This document shows positions 33,683-45,092 of a stretch of 49,733 nucleotides of DNA, one piece after another. The translations under genes were made by a program, and so were the position numbers. This DNA is from Macrostomum lignano (taxonomy: Eukaryota): positions 1-49,733 of the forward strand of contig NIVC01004338.1 of assembly GCA_002269645.1 (NCBI GenBank), read 5' to 3'. A model generated the notes under the pieces. It was not told the origin of the DNA, did no database searches, and worked only from the letters and a program-made list of their open reading frames with translations. Position 1 is the stretch's first letter, and each line of letters begins with the position of its first letter.

Positions 33683-34714
33683 ATCCGATCTCAGGGCTAA
33701 AAATTCTAAGAACCTGCTTTGATCCCTGAGCGGCAACTCTCTTCCTTAACCTTTCCTTACCTTCTCCCACTCTCGTTTTACCGCCCACCCCCCACTTTAC
33801 ACTTTTTGAGTGTTTGTTACTCTTCCTCACTTAACTCTCGAGGTGACACGACTTGATTTAACCTCCCTCATCAGCTTCGATCTGACAAGTCTCATCGACT
33901 GATCGGCTGTAGCCGACTCCACCGTGACCATCCGAGGTTTTTTGCTCTGTTGCGCTGCCCTTAGGTACCGTCCGCCCCCGGTCTCTCCCCCCCAAAACGC
34001 CTCTGGCGTGTACCTTCAAACAACCCGGACCCGCTGTCTAAATGAATGGGATTTTGGCCGCAACGTCTGCTACCGCATCATCCAGAGGCGGACAAAGGCT
34101 AGGGGACGAGGCCTGGTGGCTGTACCTTTCAGCGCCAGAGCCCAGGGGTTTGCACAGGCGTTTTCATGCAGCCCCGGGTTACGTATGTTAGAGTTGATTA
34201 AGAAACAAATTTCCTTTACTTTACACTCGTATTTGATTCCTTATGTTTGAGTGGTCATCGCGTAACTCCTGTAACACAATCTAAAAGACAGCTATTTGAC
34301 TTAAATTATGCATGTAACATCGCACTTTAATTAATTGTTGTGAAAGGCATTGTTATACAAGTACCGGTACAAATGTGCGATGCACTTGTTTTCAGTGGCG
34401 ATCAGCCTTTACGGTTGCATTCACACGTAATTGTACATTAACAGTCGAAACAAGCACCACTATACATGTTGCTAGACTCCATCTTGGAACTCCTGACAGA
34501 CGTGCGCTCGAAATTTAATCCGGGCCATAGACGAAATTTCAGTTATTCCTTGTAAACGATTAAAGTCACAACTAATTAAATACCTATCGATTGTAAAAAG
34601 ACACAACCAAATATATAATTGTTTAAGAGTTTCAGGTCAAACAGCCTGCTGACATTACTAGTATAGGTGTACAGAAGTTCTCAAGCTCAGCTGAGAGGCA
34701 CTGTGGTACACAAT

Positions 34715-35657
34715 ATGAGTCAAGAATCGTCCAATCAAGACGCAGCCACCCAGCTGCCAGCCGCTCTGAGCAAGGACAATTCAACTGACGCCAAGTCAGC
34801 TTCCCCAACGCAGGCTGATAGCATTGCCAGTTCGGCGAATTCAATCAAGGCCAAAGTGGGCGGTCCGAACCAACCGCTTGGCTACCAACAGCAACTACAG
34901 CAGTCTCCTCCAACAGAGCAGCAGTCTGAAATGGAAATGCTTCATCAGAAATTAAATTCTTTCAGTCAAAAAGAAGTAGATCGAATGACTGAAGCCACGA
35001 TCAGCAAGAAAACGACAGCAGCAGTAGCAAAGACTCCTGCAGATTCAGCGGACGAGCTGAAGTCAAAACCGGACCGAGCACCTTTCGACATGGTAAAAAG
35101 TGACGACACCTACTCCGAGTGGCTACTAATGGAGGCCGAACTATTCCCTCTGAGGTACTTCAGCGATCGGCACGTGAAGACCATGCACAAGTACAGCATA
35201 GTGCGCGTGCTTGGCCAAGGCGGTTTCGGTCTTGTGCTGCTAGTTAGCGTTGAAAAAGGCGGCCCACTTTACGCTATGAAGGTAATGTCAAAGGAAAAGA
35301 TCAGAGAGAAGAAAATGATTAAGTACATTATTGGAGAGCGGCGCGCTTTGTCGGCGGTGCACAATCCGTTCATCATGTCGCTAATAGACAAGCTCAAGGA
35401 CAACTCCAACGTGTACATGATCCTGCCCTTCATCGAGTGCGGAGACCTGTACCGCCTTATGTTGTCAACCAGGCTGAAACGGTTCAGCCACGAAGACGCA
35501 AAATTCTACATGTCGCAGGTGTTTCTGGCTTTCGAGTATCTGCACCGGATGCGAGTGCTGTACCGAGACTTGAAGCCGGAGAATCTCATGCTGGACAGGT
35601 TCGGCTACTTGCAACTGGCTGATTTGGGCTTTGCCAAACTGCTGGATCCGAGCAGAG
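34715..35657 (+). CDS. cAMP-dependent protein kinase catalytic-subunit-like AGC kinase, exon 1
   Basis: First ATG at 34715 (MSQESS...), then a low-complexity N-terminus and GQGGFG, YAMK, alphaC Glu (IIGERR), YRDLKPEN, DLGFAK. Donor AGAG|GTGAGA, phase 1. Confidence 0.9.
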
Positions 35658-35877
35658 GTGAGAGACAGAACTGCAGATGCGATCCTCTGTGAAAATCCTG
35701 ACTGTGGGTAGTGGGTGCAGATCGAGCAGATCGCACAGCCCTGCAGAGAGGCGAAGAACCATGCCCATTCCACAGATCCAATGAGTAAAATTTTTATGGA
35801 CGACTTAAAAATTAATGTGACACCGTTTGTTTTAGTTCATGAAAAGGGTTATAGTAGGGTCCCATATTCCTATCCAG

Positions 35878-36590
35878 AGACAAGTAGTGAAGCTCCATCA
35901 AAAGAGACAGGTAGTGTAGTTCCATCAAAAGTGACAGGTAGTGAAGTTCCATCAAAAGAGACAGGTAGTGAAGCTCCATCAAAAGAGACAGGTAGTGAAG
36001 CTCCATCAAAAGAGACAGGTAGTGTAGTTCCGTCAAAAGAGACAGGTAGTGTAGTTCCGTCAAAAGAGACAGGTAGTGTAGTTCCGTCAAAAGAGACAGG
36101 TAGTGTAGTTCCGTCAAAAGAGACAGGTAGTGTAGTTCCATCAAAAGAGACAGGTAGTGAAGTTCCATCAAAAGAGACAGGTAGTGAAGCTCCATCAAAA
36201 GAGACAGGTAGTGTAGTTCCGTCAAAAGAGACAGGTAGTGTAGTTCCGTCAAAAGAGACAGGTAGTGTAGTTCCGTCAAAAGAGACAGGTAGTGTAGTTC
36301 CATCAAAAGAGACAGGTAGTGAAGTTCCATCAAAAGAGACAGGTAGTGTAGTTCCGTCAAAAGAGACAGGTAGTGTAGTTCCGTCAAAAGAGACAGGTAG
36401 TGTAGTTCCGTCAAAAGAGACAGGTAGTGTAGTTCCGTCAAAAGAGACAGGTAGTGTAGTTCCGTCAAAAGAGACAGGTAGTGTAGTTCCGTCAAAAGAG
36501 ACAGGTAGTGTAGTTCCGTCAAAAGAGACAGGTAGCGAAGCTCCATCAAAAGAGACAGGTAGTGAAGCTCCATCAAAAGAGACAGGTAAA
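35878..36590. repeat. 27-bp minisatellite (ACAGGTAGTGTAGTTCCGTCAAAAGAG), ~26 copies, in the kinase intron
   Basis: Read directly; stop-free in one + frame (PSKETGSVV)n and two - frames. Confidence 0.95.
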
Positions 36591-36717
36591 GAAGCCCCAT
36601 TGAAGAGCACAGGGAATAAAGAGGTATGCACTTGAGCACCTTTCAAAGGAACTAGGGCACTAAAAAAACTACAGTGCAGTGGCCTGAAATTTTTCATGCA
36701 CGATATCGCAATCGCAG

Positions 36718-37205
36718 AGCGAACCTACAGCACATTGGGCACGCCCGACTACATGGCGCCGGAGATTTTTTCGGCAAAAAACTGCGGCTACAGTTTCTCA
36801 GTTGATTGGTGGACAACGGGCTGTTTGCTATTCGAGTTTTTAGTTGGATTTCCACCGTTTCACACGCCCAACGGCAACACGATGCACGTGATTAAGAAGA
36901 TTCTATCCACAGAGATTCAGTTTCCAAACTTTGTAAAGCCGGACGCTAAAGACATGGTGAACTGTCTGTGCCAGAAGAATCCGCACAATAGGATGGGTTG
37001 CCAGAAGGCTGGACCAAGCGCCATACGCGAGCACGCCTTCTTCCAAGACGTGGATTTTGTACGCGTGTTCCACAAGCAGCTGCCGGCTCCGCACAAGCCA
37101 ACTAGCAAAGACGACAAGAGGTTTTACACTGGTCGACCTGTGCCCAAAAATGTGATCAGAATCAGCAAGACTATGCGATACAATACGATGTTTGCAGAAT
37201 TCTAA
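36718..37205 (+). CDS. PKA-catalytic-like kinase, exon 2 (to stop; spliced product ~476 aa)
   Basis: ATCGCAG|AG acceptor, phase 1. ERTYSTLGTPDYMAPE, YSFSVDWWTTG, GFPPF, IRIS (turn motif like PKA IRVS338), terminal FAEF* (PKA-type FxxF end). Confidence 0.9.
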
Positions 37206-37781
37206 AAAGTTGAAGAAGCAAGCGCTCGGACATGGGCTATTTGTCATTTTTTATTTTCAATATCGATCATTTATAAACTATAAAAGTTGTCAAACTTATT
37301 GGACTGGTTTTATTGTAGCCCTAAAATAATAAGTTCTGCTCCGAACGACAAGAATATGTCTTTTAAGTTTCATTGTGACTTTTGTTCATTGAACTATTTA
37401 AAACTTTGTTTATCTACTATTAGAAAGGCTTAACAAACGCAAACTGTAACAAATTTTCTATTGTCTCAATTTGCCACGTCTTACTTTATACAGCGAAAGC
37501 AGTCTCGTTTTTATCGCAAAAGACCTGGAAACTTATTGAGATATTACACTGAAATAAAAACTATTCAAGTTTAATCCGCAAGGCAATTATTAAGTTTAAT
37601 AATAGATTTAGTTTTCCTCCTTGTGAACATTTATTAGTAAAATATACTTATTTATTTAATATTAAAAACATGCAGACAACACGAATAAATGACAAAACTT
37701 TTGAAGCAAGTTGACGAAAAAATAGCTCGTACAACGTCAACACAGAGTTTAGAGTGGCAGTTTTGATCCTGTGGAGAAAAG

Positions 37782-37942
37782 TTATTCGGCATTCTCCTCT
37801 TCCTCTGCTGCCTCGGCCTCGCCTTCAGCCTCGGCCTCGCCTTCAGCCTCGGCCTCGCCTTCAGCCTCCGCCTGGTTGCCTTCGCCTGCCTCGACGGCAT
37901 CGGCGGCCTCTTCGCCTGGCGGAGCTGCCGACGTCTCGGCGC
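37782..37942 (-). CDS. DYDC1-like protein, exon 3 (acidic Ala/Glu/Gly tail)
   Basis: TTTCAG|GC acceptor, phase 1, with an in-frame alternative acceptor 12 nt upstream at 37954. Encodes AETSAAPPGEE...EAEGEA repeats...EENAE*. Confidence 0.75.
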
Positions 37943-38169
37943 CTGAAATTATTTCTGCAGTTGCAGATCACAAGCATACATTTGCATTTACAATGTAGTG
38001 GCATTTCAATGAACTACACCAACGAAATCTCAAAGTCTCAATGGAATCTTAACGGAATTCATGAGAGAAATATCATCGTACGTGCACAGCTTGCCGAAAT
38101 TTCAATTGAATCCTATCCATAGTTAGTACAATCTATCTTATATATTTGTTGCTACTTTATTAGAAAGAT

Positions 38170-38460
38170 GAAATCTCACGAATGAAATCTCAATGGGAGT
38201 TTCAATTGAATCCCCAATGAAAGTCTCATTAGGGATCTTAATGGAAGTCTCAATTTGAATAAATGTTTTTGAAATTTTAGATTTATCTCATGAAATCTCA
38301 CTAGAAGCAAAATGGGAATCTTAATGGAAGGCTTTTGAAACCTGATTATAAATTCAATGGAAATCTCAACGGAAATCTCAACGGAAGTCTTGTAAACCTC
38401 AGTCTCAATTAAATCTCGTGAAATCTCACTAGAAACCGCCAATGGAAATCTCACTAGAAT
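38170..38460. repeat. Degenerate GAAATCTCAATGG-type tandem repeat in DYDC1-like intron 2
   Basis: GAAATCTCA/GAAGTCTCA core recurs more than 10 times with irregular spacing. Confidence 0.65.
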
Positions 38461-38523
38461 CTAAGAGGAATCTAAACTATGGAATGGAATATCTCACACG
38501 CTCTGGATCTCTCTTTCTCTCAC

Positions 38524-38773
38524 CTTCCTCCCCATCCTCCTTCGCCTCGCCGCCGTCTTCGTCGGCCTCGCCCTCCGGAATTTCCACCTCGGCGGCGGCC
38601 CTCTCAGCTCGCTGGCGCTCTTCCTCCTCCTCTCTCAGGCGGGCCTCTTCGGCTTCGCGACGTTGGCGCTCCTCCTCCTCAGCGCGTTCGCGCTCCAGCT
38701 GGCGCTTGCGCTCCATCATCTGGCGCTGCTCCTCGGCGATCTCCTGACGGCGCAGCTCTTCAAGTCGCTCGGC
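38524..38773 (-). CDS. DYDC1-like protein, exon 2 (E/R-rich coiled coil or single alpha-helix)
   Basis: CTGTAG|GCC acceptor (phase 0), GAAG|GTGAGA donor (phase 1). Encodes AERLEELRRQEIAEEQRQMMERKRQLERERAEEEERQRREAEEARLREEEEER. Confidence 0.8.
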
Positions 38774-39396
38774 CTACAGGCATGGCACGGATAAATTTAG
38801 GTTGGACCAGTGGTCAACGGCAGCCTTAATCTAAATCTTTATCGATTAATTAGCTACAAAATACGTAGCATTTACTTGATACTCTATTTGAAGTAAAAAT
38901 ATTAGAAATAGGAAACTTCTTTTTGATTTGCTCTACTAATATGTAGTATGGTAGAAATAAATTCATGTCATGTCATCTAACCATCAACTTTTACAAGATA
39001 GTGGGCTATTTTATAAATGCACGATAATATTATTTTCCTGTGTGTCAATATACGAGCTATTTCAATTATTTGGTGGAAATTTTGACAATTAGTTTGCGAA
39101 TTTTTTTACATATTAAATAGTTAGATTATTATATTAGTTATTACTTGTCATTTGCTGGTATGTTGTTATTGTTACTTTTGTGTTCTTGTTATTATTGTTT
39201 TCACACTGTAAAATGCAATACAAATACGGTTGTGACTGTTGCAATTGTACGATACGACGTAGTATGGGTCGTTTTAAAAAAATATTTACAAAATTAGAGG
39301 TATTTCTTACGTCTGCTCTGTATTTCTCCCAATCCCTTTAAAATCCTCCTTCTGAAGTTCGAATGTGTCTTGTTTTGAGCAAAATAAAAAACTCAC

Positions 39397-39666
39397 CTCC
39401 TCTTCCTCCTTGATTCGCTGAGCCAGCTCTTCCTGCTCATTGTGATACCGGATCGAGTCCGCGTGCTTCATCAAATATTGGCTGAGAAATTCGATCGGAT
39501 CGCGGGGCTTCTGTTGCACAATCTGGGCCACTCCCGCTGTAAGGGCCGGGCCTACCTGGTCAATCAGGTACTGAGCCTCTCTGGTGGCTTTCGAGTGCGG
39601 TTTCCTCGGCTCCGGTGTGAAGTCGCGGGTTTGCACTTTGTCCAGGTTGAATGGAGACGATGCCAT
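39397..39666 (-). CDS. DPY30-domain-containing protein (DYDC1/DYDC2-like), exon 1; spliced product ~226 aa
   Basis: YLIDQVGPALTAGVAQIVQQKPRDPIEFLSQYLMKH is a Dpy-30 dimerisation/docking motif followed by a coiled coil, as in DYDC1. Donor GAG|GTGAGT. Confidence 0.8.
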
Positions 39667-40689
39667 GCTGACGAAAAATGTTGATTCAAATTTAAAAAAG
39701 CAACCGCAATGTTCTATCTATCTGATTCTATTTATTCCGACGAGAATTAAGAGAGTAAAATCTTCTCTATTTCGAAAATTAAATTTCCGCCAAATAGGTT
39801 TGGTTTGACCAGTCTGCTTAGAATATATAGCGATAGCGACTCGGTTGGCCTTGACGACGGTCTTTTCTTTTCTAGCCTGCGGCGGGTCAGAGAGCCCGTT
39901 GAAGTGAATGGGCAGAGGGGCGGCGGGGGTAAAGAGGGAGCCCTGTTGGGGAAAGGGGTGGTGGGGCTGAATGTACAGTGTACAATGTACACTCTATGAT
40001 GCGTACACTCAAGTGTTAGTCCCTGCTTTTAGGCGAACGCGAGAAAGAAAGAAGGGTTTTTATCTTTTAAGCAGTTTAATGTGTTGAACTGGCTACGCAC
40101 AGATTGCATACCCCCTATAGGCACTATATATATACAGTTCGCGATTTAATCAGGCCGGTTGTATACTTTCGATGAATAATTAATTAGGCTAGCTAAAATT
40201 GGCTTGGCTAATTTTGGCTTATCTTCATCGTAGGGTTTTCAATTAATTTCTTACGTTCTCGAATTGTTTGCTGGATTAGCTTTATATAGCCAAACTATAA
40301 TCATACAGGATATGATGAATAATGTAACAGATTGGTTTGGGATTTTGTCGTCTCCGGTCTCCCGTCCAGACATTCCCGTCTCCTTTTTAAATGGAAGTCA
40401 ATTAATTAAGCGAGCCATTAATTAATTAAGAGTTGCACACATCATGTATACTAGATTATATTCAACAAATCGTAGCACTCTTATATTAAAAAATCTAAAC
40501 AGCTTGCTTACTCAACTCAAATTTGCTTTGGAGTGGTTGAAGATTCCAGCCATACTTTCCATGCTACGTTGCTACACATCATGCTACGAAGTATCAAGTA
40601 TCCTCTGATCAGTATCCTCTGCTCTGATCAATTGATCAGTATCCTCTGAATCACTTGCAAGCTCATTCTTAAGCTCTCTTCTAGCTGCT

Positions 40690-41335
40690 CCCTCTCCCTC
40701 TCAATCTCACTTTCAATTTTCATCTATCTCCATCTCCCCCTCTCTCTCCCTCCTGATTTTAAGCTCTTAACACTCTTCCTATCCTTCTCCTTCCAAATCT
40801 TCCTCTCCATCTCCCTCTCCCTCCCCATAGCCCTCTCCCTCTCCCTCTCCCTCTCCCTCTCCCTCTCCCTCTCCCTCTCCCTCTCCTTCTCCCTCTCCAT
40901 CTCCCTCTCCATCTCCCTCTCCCTCCTCATCTCCCTCTCCATCTCCCTCTCCCTCCTCATCTCCCTCTCCATCTCCCTCTCCCTCCCCATCTCCCTTTCC
41001 ATCTCCCTTTTCATCTCCCTCTCCATCTCCCTCATCTTCCTCTCCCTCTTCCTTTTCTCTTCCTCCCTCTCCCTCCTCTTTTTCCTCTCCCTCTCCCCCT
41101 CTCTCTCCCTCTCCTTCTCCTTCTCCCCCTCTCTCTCCCTCTCCTTCTCCCTCTCCATCTCCCTCTTCCTCTCCCTCTCTTTCTTCCCTTCCCTCTCCAT
41201 CTCCCACTTCCTCTTTCTCTTCCTCCCTCTCCCTCCTCCTCTCTTTCCTCTCCCTCTCCATCTCCCTATTCCTCCCCATCTCCCTCTCCCTCTCTCTCCT
41301 CCTCACCCTTTTCCTCTCCATCTCCCTCTCCCTCT
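40690..41335. repeat. ~650-bp near-pure polypyrimidine (CT-rich; CTCTCC/CATCTC hexamers) tract
   Basis: Read directly; lies between two divergently transcribed genes. Confidence 0.92.
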
Positions 41336-41794
41336 GTATTTCACATTACGTCTCCATTTCACTTACTTTTCCGCCAAACCTTTTTTCTTACCTCCATTAT
41401 CCACCTCTGTTCTCTTTTTCTCCACCTCCGTCCAACTACCACTTGATTTCTACATGTCTGAACTGTACATGTGTACAACCAAGCAAGCTTGTCAAACCAA
41501 ACATGCAGCGGGCACAATAGCAAACGCACACAGGCTGCTACATTGTCTATTTACTTTATGACTTGTTCATCACAGTCCAACTGGTCCCAAGCATCTGCGG
41601 TCGTAACTGGTATGTAGCTTTATCGAAGTTCAATTCGTTTATCTCTGTCAAACGTGCATTCGCAAACATGCCCTACGATCTGGACCGTTTCTGCTCGTAC
41701 TCAATCTCCATACTTCTTGTGTGGTCAGCCGTATAGTCAGATAGTAAATTGGCTCTACCACTTAAGCTCTGGACAGCAGGGTCTCTTTGCTTTC

Positions 41795-41820
41795 GGTGTC
41801 GGATTGGCTGATTGGACGAA
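41795..41820. promoter_or_regulatory. Tandem CCAAT boxes (GATTGGCTGATTGG), candidate promoter element
   Basis: Two ATTGG motifs 8 bp apart, ~640 bp upstream of the 42448 ATG. Confidence 0.35.
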
Positions 41821-42447
41821 CCTAAGCTGTCTCTCTTTCTCTCCGACCGTCTCCCCGGTTCGCGCGCAGATTCTAACACTTTTCCGCCTTCTTTCTTCTT
41901 CTATAGCCATAGTTGAAGCAAATACTAAATTAAGCCATATAAGTATCTATCAGAATTATAACATGCGCATATTCAGTCGGCAAAACGAACACACCCACAC
42001 TCTGCAGAGATCCGAAAATTAAAGGCTTTAGTTGAAGTTTTAGTTGAATTGTTCAAACCTGCGGTCTGGTCACTATTTCGTAAGTTGAATCGGCCGCCAC
42101 TTTGTCCTGTTGAGTGGCTATTGTTATTGTGATAGAACTAATTGAGTCAAGTCGCGTAATACAACTGATTAGAGATTTAGTATATGTGGAATAGCCCACC
42201 CTTAACGGGGAAACGAAGGGAAAACAAAAAATTCTAACTTGGTATCTCAGCATTCCTTCTTCAGCCGTAACATCTCAACATCTCCCAATAATTCGATTTT
42301 TTAGAATCTTAGCGAGAACTGATTGAGTAGTGAGTCAGTAAAAATTGATTGTGTTGCAAGAGGCGTTTGAAAAACAAACATTTCTTGAACCTCAAAACCT
42401 CATTTTAACATTATAACTCATACATTCCCTGCAGCCTCGTTGTTACC

Positions 42448-43233
42448 ATGGCCTCAGCAGCGGCAGACAATGCTCCCCTGAATGGTCAGCAGCAGCAGCA
42501 ATATGAACTCCAGGATGACGCCTCCCCAGACCCGACCGCGGAGGAACCCAGCGTAGACTTCAGCTCAGCTGGTCCCACAGCTTCAGTCACGTATCGTCGC
42601 ACAAAAGGTCGTGACAGTCTCCGACGACTTAGCGACATTATGAGCGCCTACATCCCCGTGATGTCGGGACCGTCAGGACCGTCGGGACCGTCAATGCGGA
42701 CGCAGAACCGATCGCAGCAGGAACAGCCGCTGCTCGAATCCGAAGAGATTGCACCTGACAGTCCCGACGCCATGTCTGGTGGCAGCAACCGCGGCGGCTA
42801 CCGAACCCTGATGCTGCTGAATGTTGCCAGCCTTCGAGCCGACGAACAATTCACTAGCAGCAGTAGGGAGAATCTTCTAGAAGCGGCTGACGACAACGAC
42901 GAAGAGGATAAGAACAGGCCGCTAGTGGACGGAGACATTGTTGGAGTGGCCATGTCGGAGAACGGTCTGGCTTTCCTGATTTTCAAGGACAGTCCTGACA
43001 TACTGCGGCTGGACACTCGGTCCGCCACCGCTGGCGGTAACTTGCCTGGCACGGCCAAGGCCTGTAAAGTGCTGCAAATCCGGCTGCGTCAGGGCGTCAA
43101 GCTTCACCCAACGGATGTAAAAGTTTACAAAGAGCGACTCTTTGTTTGCGGTCGGTTGACTAGGAAGATTGGAGAGAAGAGCGTTGCCTTGTCAGCTGTG
43201 GCTAGATGCAACCTGGATGGATTGGTCGAATTG
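42448..43233 (+). CDS. Uncharacterised protein, exon 1: disordered N-terminus plus start of a probable beta-propeller
   Basis: Good ATG context ACCATGG; donor TTG|GTGAGT, phase 0. Strand-like segments IVGVAMSENGLAFLIF and PTDVKVYKERLFVC. Confidence 0.75.
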
Positions 43234-43349
43234 GTGAGTTGAATCTGTCTTGGATTTATTTTTTTGGGATTACGTGCGTAGAAGAAGTGTCAATGGAAAT
43301 TTAACCCTCAGAAAAAGACTACCTACACAGCCATGCACATTCATGGTTG

Positions 43350-43455
43350 TGCAAACGCACGAATACATACCCAGACACTTGTTTACACGGAGTGTACATT
43401 GTACATGGCCCTGACTTTCTCGTCGGTTGGCCCTCGTAGGCGAAGCCTTAGGCCA
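43350..43455. mobile_element. Copy 2 of the short dispersed repeat family, ending in a GCGAAGC mini-hairpin
   Basis: ACACGGAGTGTACA...GGCCCTGACTTTCTCGTCGGTTGGCCCTCGTAGGCGAAGCCTTAGGCCAA; shares blocks with 23895-24000 and 44503-44575. Confidence 0.4.
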
Positions 43456-43989
43456 ATTTTATTGCAAGGTCCCCATCCTTCGCTCATATATGGAAACACT
43501 ACTAAGAATTAACAAACTCTTCGACACTTTGCAGTGGCCATTGCAAAAGAAATTGTAAACAAAAATGATAATATTTACTTCATAATCTATCGTTACCACA
43601 CCGTATTCGTGAATTCAAGAAGCAAACGTTATCATTTGTTACACGGTTTTAGGCCACAATTTTTTTTAAAAACCCTATCAGTTTTGCAAATTAGATACTG
43701 TTCACAGTCATCTTTCTACCTAAAGCTTTGTGCATCAAAGCTTTCCTCGAAAAAGTTTTGCAGTTTCGAATCAATCTGTCTTCACTCGTATAGCGTTTTG
43801 ATTAACTTGAATTCAGTCTAACTGTGCGAAGTTAGCTATATAGATTAGCTAGAAAATAAGTTATAGCACAGCTACCTACCCAAGCAGGAATGAATTTTGT
43901 GTTGGCAAAAGTATCAATATATTTATGTGAAAATTCTGACCAGGCTCGTAGCAAAGATTTCTTATGCCACATGTCATCTGAGTTCATTC

Positions 43990-44222
43990 CATTTTGAGGT
44001 GGCGCCACTTTCCCTGAAGGTGCCATCCAATTTTGAGGTGGCGCCACTTTCCCTGAAGGTGCCATCCAATTTTGAGGTGGCGCCACTTTCCCTGAAGGTG
44101 CCATCCCATTTTGAGGTGGCGCCACTTTCCCTGAAGGTGCCATCCAATTTTGAGGTGGCGCCACTTTCCCTGAAGGTGCCATCTCATTTTGAGGTGGCGC
44201 CACTTTATCTGAGGGGTGCGCC
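43990..44222. repeat. Intronic 39-bp minisatellite (ATTTTGAGGTGGCGCCACTTTCCCTGAAGGTGCCATCCA), ~6 copies
   Basis: Period 39; each unit has the palindrome GTGGCGCCAC. Confidence 0.9.
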
Positions 44223-44502
44223 AGTTATTAAAGACATTAATTCAGCTTCGTATACAACTTGACGGGTGTCTGTTAAAATTAAGCATTCCACTGTATCCGT
44301 GGGCGTGTTCAGGTGTCAGAGTAATTATCTAATCATCATTGATTGTATCCTGGCTGTCTGTCTAGTTGATGAAAAATCCACAATGTTCCTCTACAAGAGA
44401 TAGCCTACTGAGAAGTAGCAATAAATGAATATGAAGGCAATCTTTAACTTGAACGTGTATGTTTGTTCCGCTGACTATACTGAGTCTGACCCCACTGATA
44501 AG

Positions 44503-44575
44503 TACGCAGGCACACTCACACAGGGTGTACAGGGGCCCTGATTTCTCATCATCAGACTGTGTACTTTTTGGCCCG
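44503..44575. mobile_element. Copy 3 of the short dispersed repeat family
   Basis: GTACGCAGGCACACTCACACAGGGTGTACAGGGGCCCTGATTTCTCATC...TTGGCCC closely matches ~23905-23945. Confidence 0.45.
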
Positions 44576-44711
44576 ATATTTGGACGCGTTAACCTACGAG
44601 CGTATATTAGTCTTTATAAGCTCATCGGTCAATTGAGAAGAGTCGCAAGAACTTGAAAGCTGGTCGTATTCTCCCACCCTTGCCTCAAATCCATCTTTCA
44701 CTTAACTATAG

Positions 44712-45092
44712 GCATCGAAGGAGCTGCCGGAGCCGCGGTTCCTCGGTTTCGACATTGACCCCACCGACGACCAGCTGGTGGTGGCCAGCCCCATGCCCGA
44801 TGGTCACGGCTCGCAGGTGTTTAAAATGAGCTCGGATTTCAAGGAGAAGAAATTTAAAATCCAGCTTGGCACCCGAGGAGACAGCTGGCACAGGCCCGAG
44901 TTTGTAGCCTGCATCGGCGGGGAGCAGCCGGTGTGCTGGGTGGCTGTGCAGCAGTCCGCCAGTCCCAGTGGCCTGGCAACTGGTCAGGTGACTCACCGGC
45001 TGCTCTCATTCCCGTTAAGACGCCCGCCAGTAACTGATGAAGCTACAGCTGAAGGTGCAGCTGCACCAGCGAGCACAAAGGATTGGATGAAG
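44712..45092 (+). CDS. Uncharacterised probable beta-propeller protein, exon 2 (127 codons)
   Basis: CTATAG|GCA acceptor and AAG|GTGATC donor, phase 0/0, open frame. PRFLGFDIDPTDDQLVVA, PEFVAC, VCWVAV resemble NHL/SMP-30-type blades. Confidence 0.75.

Noticed and set aside
35812-36697. Two 275-aa minus-strand repeat ORFs
   Set aside because: Expected for a stop-poor 27-bp (3n) unit; no splice or promoter support on the minus strand.
40724-41321. Glu/Arg- and Gly/Glu-rich ORFs
   Set aside because: Translations of a CT-rich low-complexity tract.
43385-43455. Possible hammerhead ribozyme (stem-CTGA... hairpins)
   Set aside because: The core CUGANGA and GAAA boxes are not present in the required arrangement.
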